This document shows, in pieces, positions 37,526-46,934 of a stretch of 49,022 bases of DNA; positions within the stretch are counted from its first letter, which is position 1; the number at the start of each line of letters is the position of its first letter. The translations under genes were made by a program, and so were the position numbers. The notes below the pieces were generated by a model that saw only the letters and a list, made by a program, of their open reading frames with translations, made no database searches and was not told the DNA's origin. This stretch comes from Deinococcales bacterium (lineage in GTDB: Bacteria; Deinococcota; Deinococci; Deinococcales; JAAFIG01): NCBI GenBank assembly GCA_031414595.1, contig JANNVX010000105.1, positions 1-49,022 of the forward strand, in the 5' to 3' direction.

Positions 37526-38095
37526 TTAAAGTTTTTTCACTTCTGTTCGCTCGAGGGCTGCCACAAAATTAAGGTGATTAAACAAGTAATGTGCCAGCAT
37601 GGTTGGAATCACACTGCCAGAAGAAACGGTGATTAGCCCAAACAACAAACCAATTAAACCAGTCCAGAGGGTATAACCCCATGCCGCCCTTGGAGCAGGA
37701 TGAAAAGCTGCGAAAATAATGGCTTGAAGGATCAGCGCCAACCAAAGTGGTAAGAATTTGATTCCCAAGCCAAGCAGTAAACCACGAAAAAAAAGTTCTT
37801 CACCAATTCCACTGGTTAAACTTAAGGCAAAAGCCCATGCTGGGGTTAAGTTTAGCTGCCCAATAATGCCCTCGAGTTGTCCGCCTGCCAGTCGGAAACT
37901 GGGTACAAAATGCTCGAACAGATGCGAAAGAATCATTGCCAGAAAAAAAGCGGTTAAAGAAGCGAACAAGGCAATTTCGGGGCTTGTGTCTGGAAGCGCA
38001 ATACCCAGTAACACACAACCCAAGTAGCCAAGTAGCATCATGCCAAGTCCGGGTAATGCCAAAATAAGTTTAATATCGAGTGGGAAACGACGCAC
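37526..38095 (-). CDS. CPBP/CAAX-family intramembrane protease
   Basis: EELFFRG, FAAFH, AHYLFN. Confidence 0.9.
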   Translation of the reverse strand: MRRFPLDIKLILALPGLGMMLLGYLGCVLLGIALPDTSPEIALFASLTAFFLAMILSHLFEHFVPSFRLAGGQLEGIIGQLNLTPAWAFALSLTSGIGEELFFRGLLLGLGIKFLPLWLALILQAIIFAAFHPAPRAAWGYTLWTGLIGLLFGLITVSSGSVIPTMLAHYLFNHLNFVAALERTEVKKL

Positions 38096-38138
38096 GAGCA
38101 GTCAGTATAAAACGGGTCGGATGAGTTATACTCGAGGG

Positions 38139-38453
38139 GTGGCAGAGGTGTTTGATTTCACAACCACCGAGATTTTCCAGTGGGAACTCGAGGCAATCCA
38201 TCGTGCTTTGCTTGGCAAAAAAGTTATTATCACAGTTCATGCTCGTCGGGCTGCACAAGCGGATAAAGTGGCGTTGGTAGAATTACTCGAAGCGGTTTTA
38301 GTAGGTGTTCCAGTCAGTAAAGATTTACCTGATAATGATTTACAACGTGTACCAGGTATAAACTATGAACATCAGATTTCGGATAACCGTTGGATTCACG
38401 TTAAGGTTGCTTGGATTGATACATACGCTATCATTACAGTCTATAAAATTTGA
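38139..38453 (+). CDS. DUF4258-like putative toxin (paralogue of 17223)
   Basis: ITVHA...LLEAVLVG..VSKDLPDNDL.R.PGIN; TATACT 6 nt before GTG. Confidence 0.65.
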   Translation: MAEVFDFTTTEIFQWELEAIHRALLGKKVIITVHARRAAQADKVALVELLEAVLVGVPVSKDLPDNDLQRVPGINYEHQISDNRWIHVKVAWIDTYAIITVYKI

Positions 38454-38462
38454 GGTGAGCTA

Positions 38463-38684
38463 ATGAACACAGCGATTGATGAAATTCGCAAAGATAGCAT
38501 TGAAGTTCTGCCCGAAGGAATCACAGTAATTATTCATAACGTTCCAACAAAATTTGTGAAAGACCAATACGGGACAGAATACGAAGCACATAGCATTGCC
38601 GTTGCCATGCGGCTTGAGGAATTAACCAATCAGGCATTAGAAATAGATGCCACGCTCGGCACAGTTCACGAATTTCAATTCTGA
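38463..38684 (+). CDS. YgiT/MqsA N-terminal-like small protein lacking cysteines (paralogue of 17545)
   Basis: IHNVP....DQYG.E....SIAVAMRLEEL; RBS GAGGTG. Confidence 0.6.
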   Translation: MNTAIDEIRKDSIEVLPEGITVIIHNVPTKFVKDQYGTEYEAHSIAVAMRLEELTNQALEIDATLGTVHEFQF

Positions 38685-38767
38685 TGACCTCGAGTTCAGG
38701 GTTGTAGCCATATTCACCCTGTCTTGAACCCAAAAGACATTACACCCCGCTCTGGTTTGCTAGACTG

Positions 38768-40567
38768 ATGGTTATTGTGAGTAACATCCGTAATTTTTCA
38801 ATTATTGCCCATGTAGACCACGGCAAAAGCACTTTAGCCGACCGAATTCTCGAGGTCTGCGGGGCGATGACCGAACGTGACAAACGCGAACAAACCCTTG
38901 ATACCCTCGATTTGGAACGCGAACGGGGAATCACGATTAAAGCCACACCAGTGCGTTTAGATTATGTGGCAAAAGACGGGCAAACTTATATTTTTCATCT
39001 GATAGACACGCCCGGTCATGTGGATTTTAACTATGAAGTCTCGAGGAGTTTAGCGGCTTGCGAAGGCGTACTGCTGCTGGTGGATGCCAGCCAAGGAGTC
39101 GAAGCCCAAACGATTGTCAATGCGTATTTGGCAGTCGAAAGCGACCTTTTAATTGTACCCATAGTGAATAAAATAGATTTACCCAGTGCCATGCCCGTCG
39201 AAGCCGCTATGGAACTCGAGCAAGTGATTGGTATTCCAGCCGAGAATGCGCTTTTTGCTAGTGGTAAAACTGGTGAAGGTGTGGTCGAGATTCTCGAGGC
39301 GATTGTGGCACGAATCCCCGCCCCATCTGGAGACCCCCAAGCCCCATTAAAAGCCCTTGTCTTTGATAGTGTCTACACCAGCTACCAAGGGGTGATTCCG
39401 TTTATTCGGGTTCTCGAGGGCAGCATCACACCCGGAGACCGTGTTAAATTCTGGAATACCGAAAAAGAGTGCATTGTGGATGAAGTTGGTGTTTTTCGTC
39501 CAGCTTTAGAAAAAATCGGCAGCCTCAGTGCTGGCGAAGTCGGTTGGTTTACCGCCAGCATCAAAGACATCCATGATGCCCAAGTCGGCGATACCGTAAC
39601 TGGCGCAAGCCGCCCAACACTCGAGCCTTTCCCGGGTTTTAAGCCGTCGCAACCTGTGGTTTTTAGTGGTCTGTACCCGACCGAAACCGCCGATTACCCA
39701 AGAATGCGCGATGCCCTCGAGAAGTTACAACTCAACGATGCGGCATTGCATTTTGAACCAGAAACCTCGGAGGCGTTGGGCTTTGGTTTTCGTTGCGGAT
39801 TTTTGGGTTTACTACACGCCGAAGTGGTTCAAGAACGGCTCGAGCGTGAATTTGATTTGGATTTAATTGCCACTGCCCCAAGTGTGATTTACCGTGTCAC
39901 CAAAACCGATGGCAGTGTTTTTGAAATTCAGAACCCCGCCCAATTACCGACCCCAGACCGCATCGAAAAAATCGAAGAACCCTATATTAAACTTTCAGTC
40001 ATTCTGCCCGAAGAATATGTCGGTAGCGCCATGCAGTTGCTTGTGGAAAAACGCGGCAACATGAAAGACCTTGTGTATGTTGGTAAGCGGGTTGAGTTGC
40101 GTTACGAAGTTCCGTTTGGCGAAGTCTTGTACGATTTCCATGACCGCTTAAAAAGCCTGTCTCGAGGCTATGCCAGCATGGATTACGAACAAATCGGCTA
40201 TCAAGAAAACGATTTGGTCAAGGTTGGCATTTTGGTCAATAACGAAATCGTGGATGCTTTAGCAATTATTTGTCACCGCGACAAATCCGAATTTATTGGC
40301 AGAAAAATTGTCGAGAAAATGGCAGAAGTCATTCCAAGGCAAATGTTCCCAATTCCGATTCAAGCCGCGATTGGTGCAAAAATTATCGCTCGGTCAACCG
40401 TCAAAGCCTACCGCAAAGATGTGCTTGCCAAGTGTTACGGTGGCGATATCAGCCGTAAGAAAAAACTCCTCAGCAAGCAGAAAAAAGGGCGTAAACGCAT
40501 GAAGAGCATCGGTACGGTTGAAGTACCACAAGAAGCATTCTTGGCGGTACTCTCGAGCGGTGAATAG
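38768..40567 (+). CDS. lepA: Translation elongation factor 4
   Basis: [45 protein letters not shown]. Confidence 0.97.
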   Translation: MVIVSNIRNFSIIAHVDHGKSTLADRILEVCGAMTERDKREQTLDTLDLERERGITIKATPVRLDYVAKDGQTYIFHLIDTPGHVDFNYEVSRSLAACEGVLLLVDASQGVEAQTIVNAYLAVESDLLIVPIVNKIDLPSAMPVEAAMELEQVIGIPAENALFASGKTGEGVVEILEAIVARIPAPSGDPQAPLKALVFDSVYTSYQGVIPFIRVLEGSITPGDRVKFWNTEKECIVDEVGVFRPALEKIGSLSAGEVGWFTASIKDIHDAQVGDTVTGASRPTLEPFPGFKPSQPVVFSGLYPTETADYPRMRDALEKLQLNDAALHFEPETSEALGFGFRCGFLGLLHAEVVQERLEREFDLDLIATAPSVIYRVTKTDGSVFEIQNPAQLPTPDRIEKIEEPYIKLSVILPEEYVGSAMQLLVEKRGNMKDLVYVGKRVELRYEVPFGEVLYDFHDRLKSLSRGYASMDYEQIGYQENDLVKVGILVNNEIVDALAIICHRDKSEFIGRKIVEKMAEVIPRQMFPIPIQAAIGAKIIARSTVKAYRKDVLAKCYGGDISRKKKLLSKQKKGRKRMKSIGTVEVPQEAFLAVLSSGE

Positions 40568-40571
40568 AAAT

Positions 40572-41093
40572 TTATTCGGGTTTTGCAACTTCTAAATTGA
40601 AGAACACAAGTCCAACATTACTTGGTCTTGCTATTTCACTAATCGTCATGGTGAATGGAAACACACCCACTGGCGTTTCAGGGGATACAACGACACTAAC
40701 GGTCAACTCGAGGGTATAGGCTACTCGATAAGAGATACCACCACTAACGGTTTGAGTTGATAAAATTGTTGCCACAGCTTCTTGGCGTATAATTTCGACT
40801 TTCCATCCAATGGGAGCGCGATTTGAGATTTGTTTAATCCAATTAACAGCAACACGACGGGTTGTTCCCGGGGCGACTTCGTTATAAGCAGTGAATTTTA
40901 GTTCTTCTTGAGTAAAAAGACTCTGAGAAAGTAACCCTGCTGGACCAATAGCTCGGACAAACGTTTCTTCGTTGGGTTTGACTTTGGCAACCATACTAAA
41001 AGAAGTTGGCAACGGGCTATTGCGTGAACCTGCGGGTGAACAACCTGTAAAAACCGCTAAAAACAGTAGTGCGACTAATCCTCTAATGACCAT
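40572..41093 (-). CDS. Hypothetical lipoprotein
   Basis: Signal peptide with lipobox FTGC; beta-rich body. Confidence 0.7.
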   Translation of the reverse strand: MVIRGLVALLFLAVFTGCSPAGSRNSPLPTSFSMVAKVKPNEETFVRAIGPAGLLSQSLFTQEELKFTAYNEVAPGTTRRVAVNWIKQISNRAPIGWKVEIIRQEAVATILSTQTVSGGISYRVAYTLELTVSVVVSPETPVGVFPFTMTISEIARPSNVGLVFFNLEVAKPE

Positions 41094-41208
41094 ACCTACC
41101 CCCAATAAAATTCCCAGCGTGATTTTAACATCTATGTGTGAATTTGGTGTCCAAATTCACACATAACAATTTTTGAACTTCCCACTTAAAAACCGTTATG
41201 CTTCTTAT

Positions 41209-42816
41209 ATGACCCCACAATGGACAACCTTACTCGAGAGCATCGAAAAAAGTGCCAACCAAATTAAACTTGGTGGCGGCTTAAAAGCTATTGATCGACA
41301 ACACAGCAAGAACCGCCTAACCGCTCGAGAACGCATTGTGCGCTTAATAGACCCCGACTCGAGGTTTGATGAGTTGATGCTTTTTGCGGGTTTTGAAATG
41401 TACCCAGAAGTTGGTGGTTGCCCAAGCGGTGGCACAATTACGGGCATTGGGCAAATCGCTGGGCGGGACTGGATGATTATTGCCAATGATGCCACAGTCA
41501 AAGCTGGGGCGTTTTTTCCGATTACCGCCAAAAAAGTGATTCGCGCCCAAACCATTGCCCTAGAAAACAAATTGCCCGTGGTTTACCTTGTGGATAGCGC
41601 TGGGGTGTACTTGCCGATGCAGGATGAGATTTTTCCAGACCAAGATGATTTTGGACGGGTCTTTTACTTAAATGCCCGGATGTCGGCGGCTGGCATTCCT
41701 CAGATTGCAGCCATCATGGGTAACTGTGTGGCTGGCGGAGCGTATTTACCGGTGATGTGCGACACCTTAATCATGACCGAAGGCTCAGGTTTGTACCTCG
41801 CGGGTCCAGCGCTGGTTAAAGCCGCGATTGGGCAAATTGTGGACTCAGAAGAACTTGGCGGGGTTGGTATGCACGCTTCAATTGCTGGAACAGTAGATTA
41901 CCGCGAACTAGATGACCAAAGCGCGATAAGTCGAATTCGTCAGTTGGCTGGTTTTTATTCCTCGCCAGAGCTTGCACCGTGGGCAAAACGCCGCCTCGAG
42001 AGTACCGCCCCTGCTCGAGCCGCCAGTTCTTTGCTCGAGACAATGACGGTGGACGGTTCAAAACCCTACGATACAAAAGAAGTGATTGAAAGTATTGTGG
42101 ATGCAAATACTTTTGCCGAATTCAAAGCCGAATATGGACAAACCATCCTGACAGGTTTTGCCAGAATCGCGGGGTATCCCGTCGGAATCGTTGCCAATCA
42201 GCGCAACATTATTAAAAAGAGCGGCAAAATAGAAATTGGCGGGGTCATCTACGCCGAGGCTGCCGATAAAGCCGCACGGTTTATCATGGATGCCAACCAA
42301 GCTGGCATACCGCTTATTTTCTTATCGGATGTGACTGGTTTTATGGTCGGGCGAGACTCTGAACACATGGGAATTATTCGGCGTGGTGCAAAAATGGTCA
42401 ATGCCGTGTCCAATAGTGTTGTTCCAAAAATTACGATCATTACGGGTGGCAGTTTTGGGGCGGGTAATTACGCGATGAGCGGCAAAGCCTACGCCCCAAG
42501 ATTTATTTTTGCTTGGGCGAGTGCCAAATACGCTGTCATGAGCGGCAATGCCGCCGCCAAGACCTTACTTGATATTCAATTGGCGCAACTCGAGCGCAAC
42601 GGTTCTAAACCAGACCAAGATGAATTAAAAGCCTTATATGACCAAATAAAACAAAAGTACGACACCGAACTTGACCCGCGTTATGCGGCGGCGCGGCTGT
42701 GGGTGGATGAAATCATTCAGCCACTCGAGACACGGGAACGTATTATTCGTTCGCTGGATGTCTGTGCGCTTGAAGGGGTTTTACAACCGTTTAAGACTGG
42801 GGTTTTTCAGGTATAA
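41209..42816 (+). CDS. Acyl-CoA carboxylase beta subunit (methylcrotonyl-CoA carboxylase-like)
   Basis: ANDATVKAG, LVDSAG, MGNCVAGGAY, GGSFGAGNYAMSG, YAAARLWVD. Confidence 0.9.
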   Translation: MTPQWTTLLESIEKSANQIKLGGGLKAIDRQHSKNRLTARERIVRLIDPDSRFDELMLFAGFEMYPEVGGCPSGGTITGIGQIAGRDWMIIANDATVKAGAFFPITAKKVIRAQTIALENKLPVVYLVDSAGVYLPMQDEIFPDQDDFGRVFYLNARMSAAGIPQIAAIMGNCVAGGAYLPVMCDTLIMTEGSGLYLAGPALVKAAIGQIVDSEELGGVGMHASIAGTVDYRELDDQSAISRIRQLAGFYSSPELAPWAKRRLESTAPARAASSLLETMTVDGSKPYDTKEVIESIVDANTFAEFKAEYGQTILTGFARIAGYPVGIVANQRNIIKKSGKIEIGGVIYAEAADKAARFIMDANQAGIPLIFLSDVTGFMVGRDSEHMGIIRRGAKMVNAVSNSVVPKITIITGGSFGAGNYAMSGKAYAPRFIFAWASAKYAVMSGNAAAKTLLDIQLAQLERNGSKPDQDELKALYDQIKQKYDTELDPRYAAARLWVDEIIQPLETRERIIRSLDVCALEGVLQPFKTGVFQV

Positions 42817-42851
42817 ACAAAACTGATTTTGAATCAAGCATAATGGTCTTC

Positions 42852-45800
42852 ATGCCATCGCCTTTAACTTTTTCACGCTTGCTTGATAACCACAACCGAG
42901 GTTCGGTCGGCGCGTTCCTAAAAAATAAAATTCGAGCCGATGCTGCTTTATCGGTGGTCTCGGCGTATTTTACAATTTATGCTTTTGAAGCCCTAAAACC
43001 ACAACTCGAGGGTATTGGTAATATGCGTTTTTTGTTTGGAGAACCCAATTTTATTAAGTCGCTTGACCCAAACAGCGCCAAAGCCCCGGCTGCGAAAATC
43101 GAAAAAGACGAGCTGTCCTTAGAGCATTCGTTAAAACAAAGCCGAATTGCCAAAACTTGCGCCGATTGGATGCGCCGTAAACTCGAGATTCGTTCTATCA
43201 GAAAACCGGGCTTTCTGCACGGCAAAGCCTATTATATCGAACAGGGCGATTATAAACGGGCAGTGCTGGGCAGCAGCAACTTTACAGTTCAGGGCTTGGG
43301 TTTAGGAAGGCGCGGCAATATCGAACTGAATTTAGAACTGACCGATGACCGAGACCGCGAAGACTTAAAAGTTTGGTTTGAAGATGTTTGGAACGATACC
43401 AAGCTAATCGAGGATGTCAAACCCGAAGTGCTAAAACAACTCGAGCGTTTGTACGCCCCGAATGCCCCACAATTTGTTTACTTTAAGACGCTCTACCACT
43501 TATTTGCGGGTTCTGAGAACCAAGCCGCCGAACTTAAAATCCCAGAGCGGCTGATGGATTCGGACATTTGGCAAGCCTTGTATCCTTTTCAGCGCGACGG
43601 GGTTAAAGCTGCGATTCGTAAATTGCAGACCTTTGGCGGCTGCATTTTAGCCGATAGCGTCGGCTTAGGAAAAACCTACACCGCTCTTGGGGTGATTAAA
43701 TACTTTGAAGCCTTAAACGACCGTGTGTTGGTGCTGAGTCCGAAGAAACTGCGTGAGAACTGGACGGTTTACCATGCCGCAAATAACTCGAGCCTCAACC
43801 CATTCTTAAAAGATCGTTTTGCCTACAGTGTCTTATCGCACACCGATTTATCTCGCGAATCGGGCATGGTTGCCGATATTAACCTCGAGACGATCAATTG
43901 GGGTAATTTTGATTTGGTGGTCATAGACGAAAGCCATAACTTTAGAAACAACAGCAAAGGTAGACGCGACGAAAACGGCAAAATGATTAAGCAAAGTCGT
44001 TACGAGCGCTTACTCGAGGATATTATTAAAGCTGGTGTACCAACCAAAGTTTTACTGCTGAGTGCCACACCCGTCAATAACGATTTATCGGATTTACGCA
44101 ATCAGTTTATGCTGATTTCAGGTGGTGTGGATAACAGTTTTACCCAAACCCTAGGGGTAGGAAGCCTTAAAAATGTTCTTGCCAATGCCCAAAAAGAATT
44201 TAATGCTTGGGCGGTCAAAGAACCACGCTTGGCAGAAAATCTACTCGAGCGTTTAAGTGCCAATTTTTTCTCGTTACTCGATGCCCTAACCCTAGCCCGT
44301 TCTCGTAAACACAGCCGCGATTACTATCCAGAAACGATTACCCAACTGGGTGGTTTTCCAAGCCGCTTAAAACCAATTGCGGTTTTTAGCGAGGTAGATA
44401 CCAAGCATTTTTTTCCAAGTTACGAAGCGATTCATCAGCAAATCAGTGGTTATCAATTGGCACTCTTTAGCCCCTCGAGTTATGTGCTGCCCGAACACAG
44501 CAAAATTTACGATACTGGCGCAGTTCAAAATTTTTCGCAAGCCAACCGTGAACGCTACTTAATTGGCATGATGAAAGTCAATTTCCTAAAACGCTTAGAA
44601 AGCAGCGTCCATTCTTTTGCAATTACACTCGAGCGCACTTGTAACAAAATAAGCAGCTTGATTCAAAAACTCGAGGCGTTTATAACCCGCCAAGAAGCAG
44701 GTGAGTTTGAGAGCTTAGAACCCGAATTAGATGGCGATGACGACCTTGAAGCGGCGTTGCAAGTTGGCAAACGCATCAAGTACGACCTGCGCCATATTGA
44801 TATAAAAAAGTGGCTAACCGACCTACGTGCCGACGAACAGCAACTTCGTGATGTCTTTGATGTGGCAAAAGCCATTACACCTGCTCGAGACGCAAAATTA
44901 GCCGACTTAAAAGCCCTGCTCGAGAACAAAATAAAAAATCCAAGCGCCAATAAACTCGGCGAACCAAATCGTAAGGTACTGGTTTTTACGGCTTTCTCGG
45001 ACACCGCCCTGTACTTGTACCAGAACCTCGAGCCATTGGCAAAAAGCCTAGGGGTTCATATTGCCTTGGTCACAGGCTCAGGCGGCAATGCCAGCACCCT
45101 AGGTAAAGCCGATTACAACACCATCCTGACCAATTTTGCGCCTCGAGCCAAACAGCGCAACCTGCTAAAAAACTTTGTACAAGACTCTGAAATCGATATT
45201 TTAATCGCCACCGATTGCATTAGCGAGGGTCAGAACCTACAGGACTGCGATTATGTGATCAACTTTGATATTCACTGGAATCCAGTTCGGTTAATCCAAC
45301 GCTTTGGGCGCATAGACCGCATTGGCAGCCAAAACCCAAGTATTCAGATGGTTAATTTCTGGGCAACCCCAGACCTGAACGCCTACCTGAACCTCAAAAA
45401 TCGGGTCGAAGCACGCATGGCACTGGTGGACATTACTGCTACTGCCCAAGACAACCCGCTCAGTCTCGAGACGATTCGCTCAGACCTAAACTACCGCGAC
45501 CAGCAACTGCTACGCATGAAAGACGAAGTGCTGGACTTAGAAGACATCGAAGGTGGCGTAACCCTAGCCGATTTTAGCTTAGATGATTTTAGAGTGGATT
45601 TAAGCAACTTTAGCAATCAAAACCGCGCTGCCCTCGAGAATGCCCCATTAGGTATTTTTGGCTTGGTGACCGAAGAAGGCAGCACCGCCAAACACGGAAT
45701 TGTCTTTTGTTTGCGGCAAATGGATACGGTTGCCAACACTGACCTTAACCCGCTCAGTCCGTACTTTTTGGTCTATGTTCGCGCCAATGGCGAAGTGCGT

Positions 45801-46115
45801 TACGCTTATGCCCAAGCCAAACAAACCCTAGAATTGTACCGTGCTTTGTGCAGTGAAAAACCCCAAGCCACCCAAGCCATCCACGACCATTTTGACACAC
45901 TAACTCAGAATCTCGAGAACTTACAGACCGAAACCAGCCTCTTAAAGACCGCGCTCGAGAGCATCCGCAGCAGTTTCAAAAAACGAGCCAACCAAAGTTT
46001 ATTTGCAGGGCGAGGCGCGGTTATTCCTAAAAAAGAAGAACAAGTCACCGAAGACAGCCAATTTGAACTGATTACTTGGTTAGCGATTCTCGAGCAGCCA
46101 GAAGCGAACAATTAA
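42852..46115 (+). CDS. PLD-nuclease domain fused to SNF2-family helicase
   Basis: LHGKAY...GSSNFT (PLD-like), LADSVGLGKT, DESH, LSATP, SEGQNLQ, QRFGRIDRIG. Confidence 0.88.
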   Translation: MPSPLTFSRLLDNHNRGSVGAFLKNKIRADAALSVVSAYFTIYAFEALKPQLEGIGNMRFLFGEPNFIKSLDPNSAKAPAAKIEKDELSLEHSLKQSRIAKTCADWMRRKLEIRSIRKPGFLHGKAYYIEQGDYKRAVLGSSNFTVQGLGLGRRGNIELNLELTDDRDREDLKVWFEDVWNDTKLIEDVKPEVLKQLERLYAPNAPQFVYFKTLYHLFAGSENQAAELKIPERLMDSDIWQALYPFQRDGVKAAIRKLQTFGGCILADSVGLGKTYTALGVIKYFEALNDRVLVLSPKKLRENWTVYHAANNSSLNPFLKDRFAYSVLSHTDLSRESGMVADINLETINWGNFDLVVIDESHNFRNNSKGRRDENGKMIKQSRYERLLEDIIKAGVPTKVLLLSATPVNNDLSDLRNQFMLISGGVDNSFTQTLGVGSLKNVLANAQKEFNAWAVKEPRLAENLLERLSANFFSLLDALTLARSRKHSRDYYPETITQLGGFPSRLKPIAVFSEVDTKHFFPSYEAIHQQISGYQLALFSPSSYVLPEHSKIYDTGAVQNFSQANRERYLIGMMKVNFLKRLESSVHSFAITLERTCNKISSLIQKLEAFITRQEAGEFESLEPELDGDDDLEAALQVGKRIKYDLRHIDIKKWLTDLRADEQQLRDVFDVAKAITPARDAKLADLKALLENKIKNPSANKLGEPNRKVLVFTAFSDTALYLYQNLEPLAKSLGVHIALVTGSGGNASTLGKADYNTILTNFAPRAKQRNLLKNFVQDSEIDILIATDCISEGQNLQDCDYVINFDIHWNPVRLIQRFGRIDRIGSQNPSIQMVNFWATPDLNAYLNLKNRVEARMALVDITATAQDNPLSLETIRSDLNYRDQQLLRMKDEVLDLEDIEGGVTLADFSLDDFRVDLSNFSNQNRAALENAPLGIFGLVTEEGSTAKHGIVFCLRQMDTVANTDLNPLSPYFLVYVRANGEVRYAYAQAKQTLELYRALCSEKPQATQAIHDHFDTLTQNLENLQTETSLLKTALESIRSSFKKRANQSLFAGRGAVIPKKEEQVTEDSQFELITWLAILEQPEANN

Positions 46116-46309
46116 CGCCAAGTTGGGTCTGCTAATCGGTCAAGGCGAGCCAGAACTTCGGGGTGTTCACCACGCAACATCAGTTCATTCATGATTTTAT
46201 TGAACTGGTCTCGAGTCAAAACATTATCCACTGCACTTTCGGTTAAATACACAGAAAGGATAGCCGTAGAAGCAGTTTCAATTTCGATTGGTTTGTGAAT
46301 TGCAATCAT
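46112..46309 (-). CDS. Small hypothetical protein
   Basis: 65 aa; ATGA-coupled to the upstream metallopeptidase gene; shares TTAA with the helicase stop. Confidence 0.55.
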   Translation of the reverse strand: MIAIHKPIEIETASTAILSVYLTESAVDNVLTRDQFNKIMNELMLRGEHPEVLARLDRLADPTWR

Positions 46310-46893
46310 GGTAATTCCTTTATCTTTACGCCAAAACGTTCCAAGACAGCTTGCATAATACCATAACCAACAACATCATCCACAAAAAACTCGGTTCTCT
46401 GATACACAAAAGCAGAAAAACACTCGGCAAAATACTCATATGGGTCTACAGTTGCATATTGACTTATGCCATTGCTCGAAGGCAAAATCAATGTCCGACC
46501 ATACAAAACCCTATCTTCGGAACGCAAAATACTGTGCAAATGATGCCCTGTTTCATGAATTAAAGTCCGAGTAATCGCTTGTTTAGAAGTTGTTGCCAAT
46601 GAACTGATGCTCCAAAACTGGTGCTTGGCATAAGACATACCAAAATCTGAATCCGCACGGCTCAGGGCTATTTCAGCAATTCCTCGTTTGAAATCATAAA
46701 CACCATTAACTTGCCTACCCTGATACAAAACTTCGGCAACAAACTGCAAACTTGTAAATGGAAAATGCTCGAGTAAACTACCTAAGCCTACCTGACCTAA
46801 AATATCAAGCAACTGACTTGTTTGAAAATCGTCCAATTCAGTAATAATGTTCTGTGCAAAAAACGACTTCACTTTGAGCAGAACATACCACAC
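46306..46893 (-). CDS. Zincin-like metallopeptidase domain protein
   Basis: LIHETGHH (HExxH) followed by SQYA...YEYFAECF; start position uncertain. Confidence 0.7.
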   Translation of the reverse strand: MWYVLLKVKSFFAQNIITELDDFQTSQLLDILGQVGLGSLLEHFPFTSLQFVAEVLYQGRQVNGVYDFKRGIAEIALSRADSDFGMSYAKHQFWSISSLATTSKQAITRTLIHETGHHLHSILRSEDRVLYGRTLILPSSNGISQYATVDPYEYFAECFSAFVYQRTEFFVDDVVGYGIMQAVLERFGVKIKELP

Positions 46894-46934
46894 GGCGTAT
46901 TACTCGAGTCTGGTGTTAGACTACCCGCACCAAC

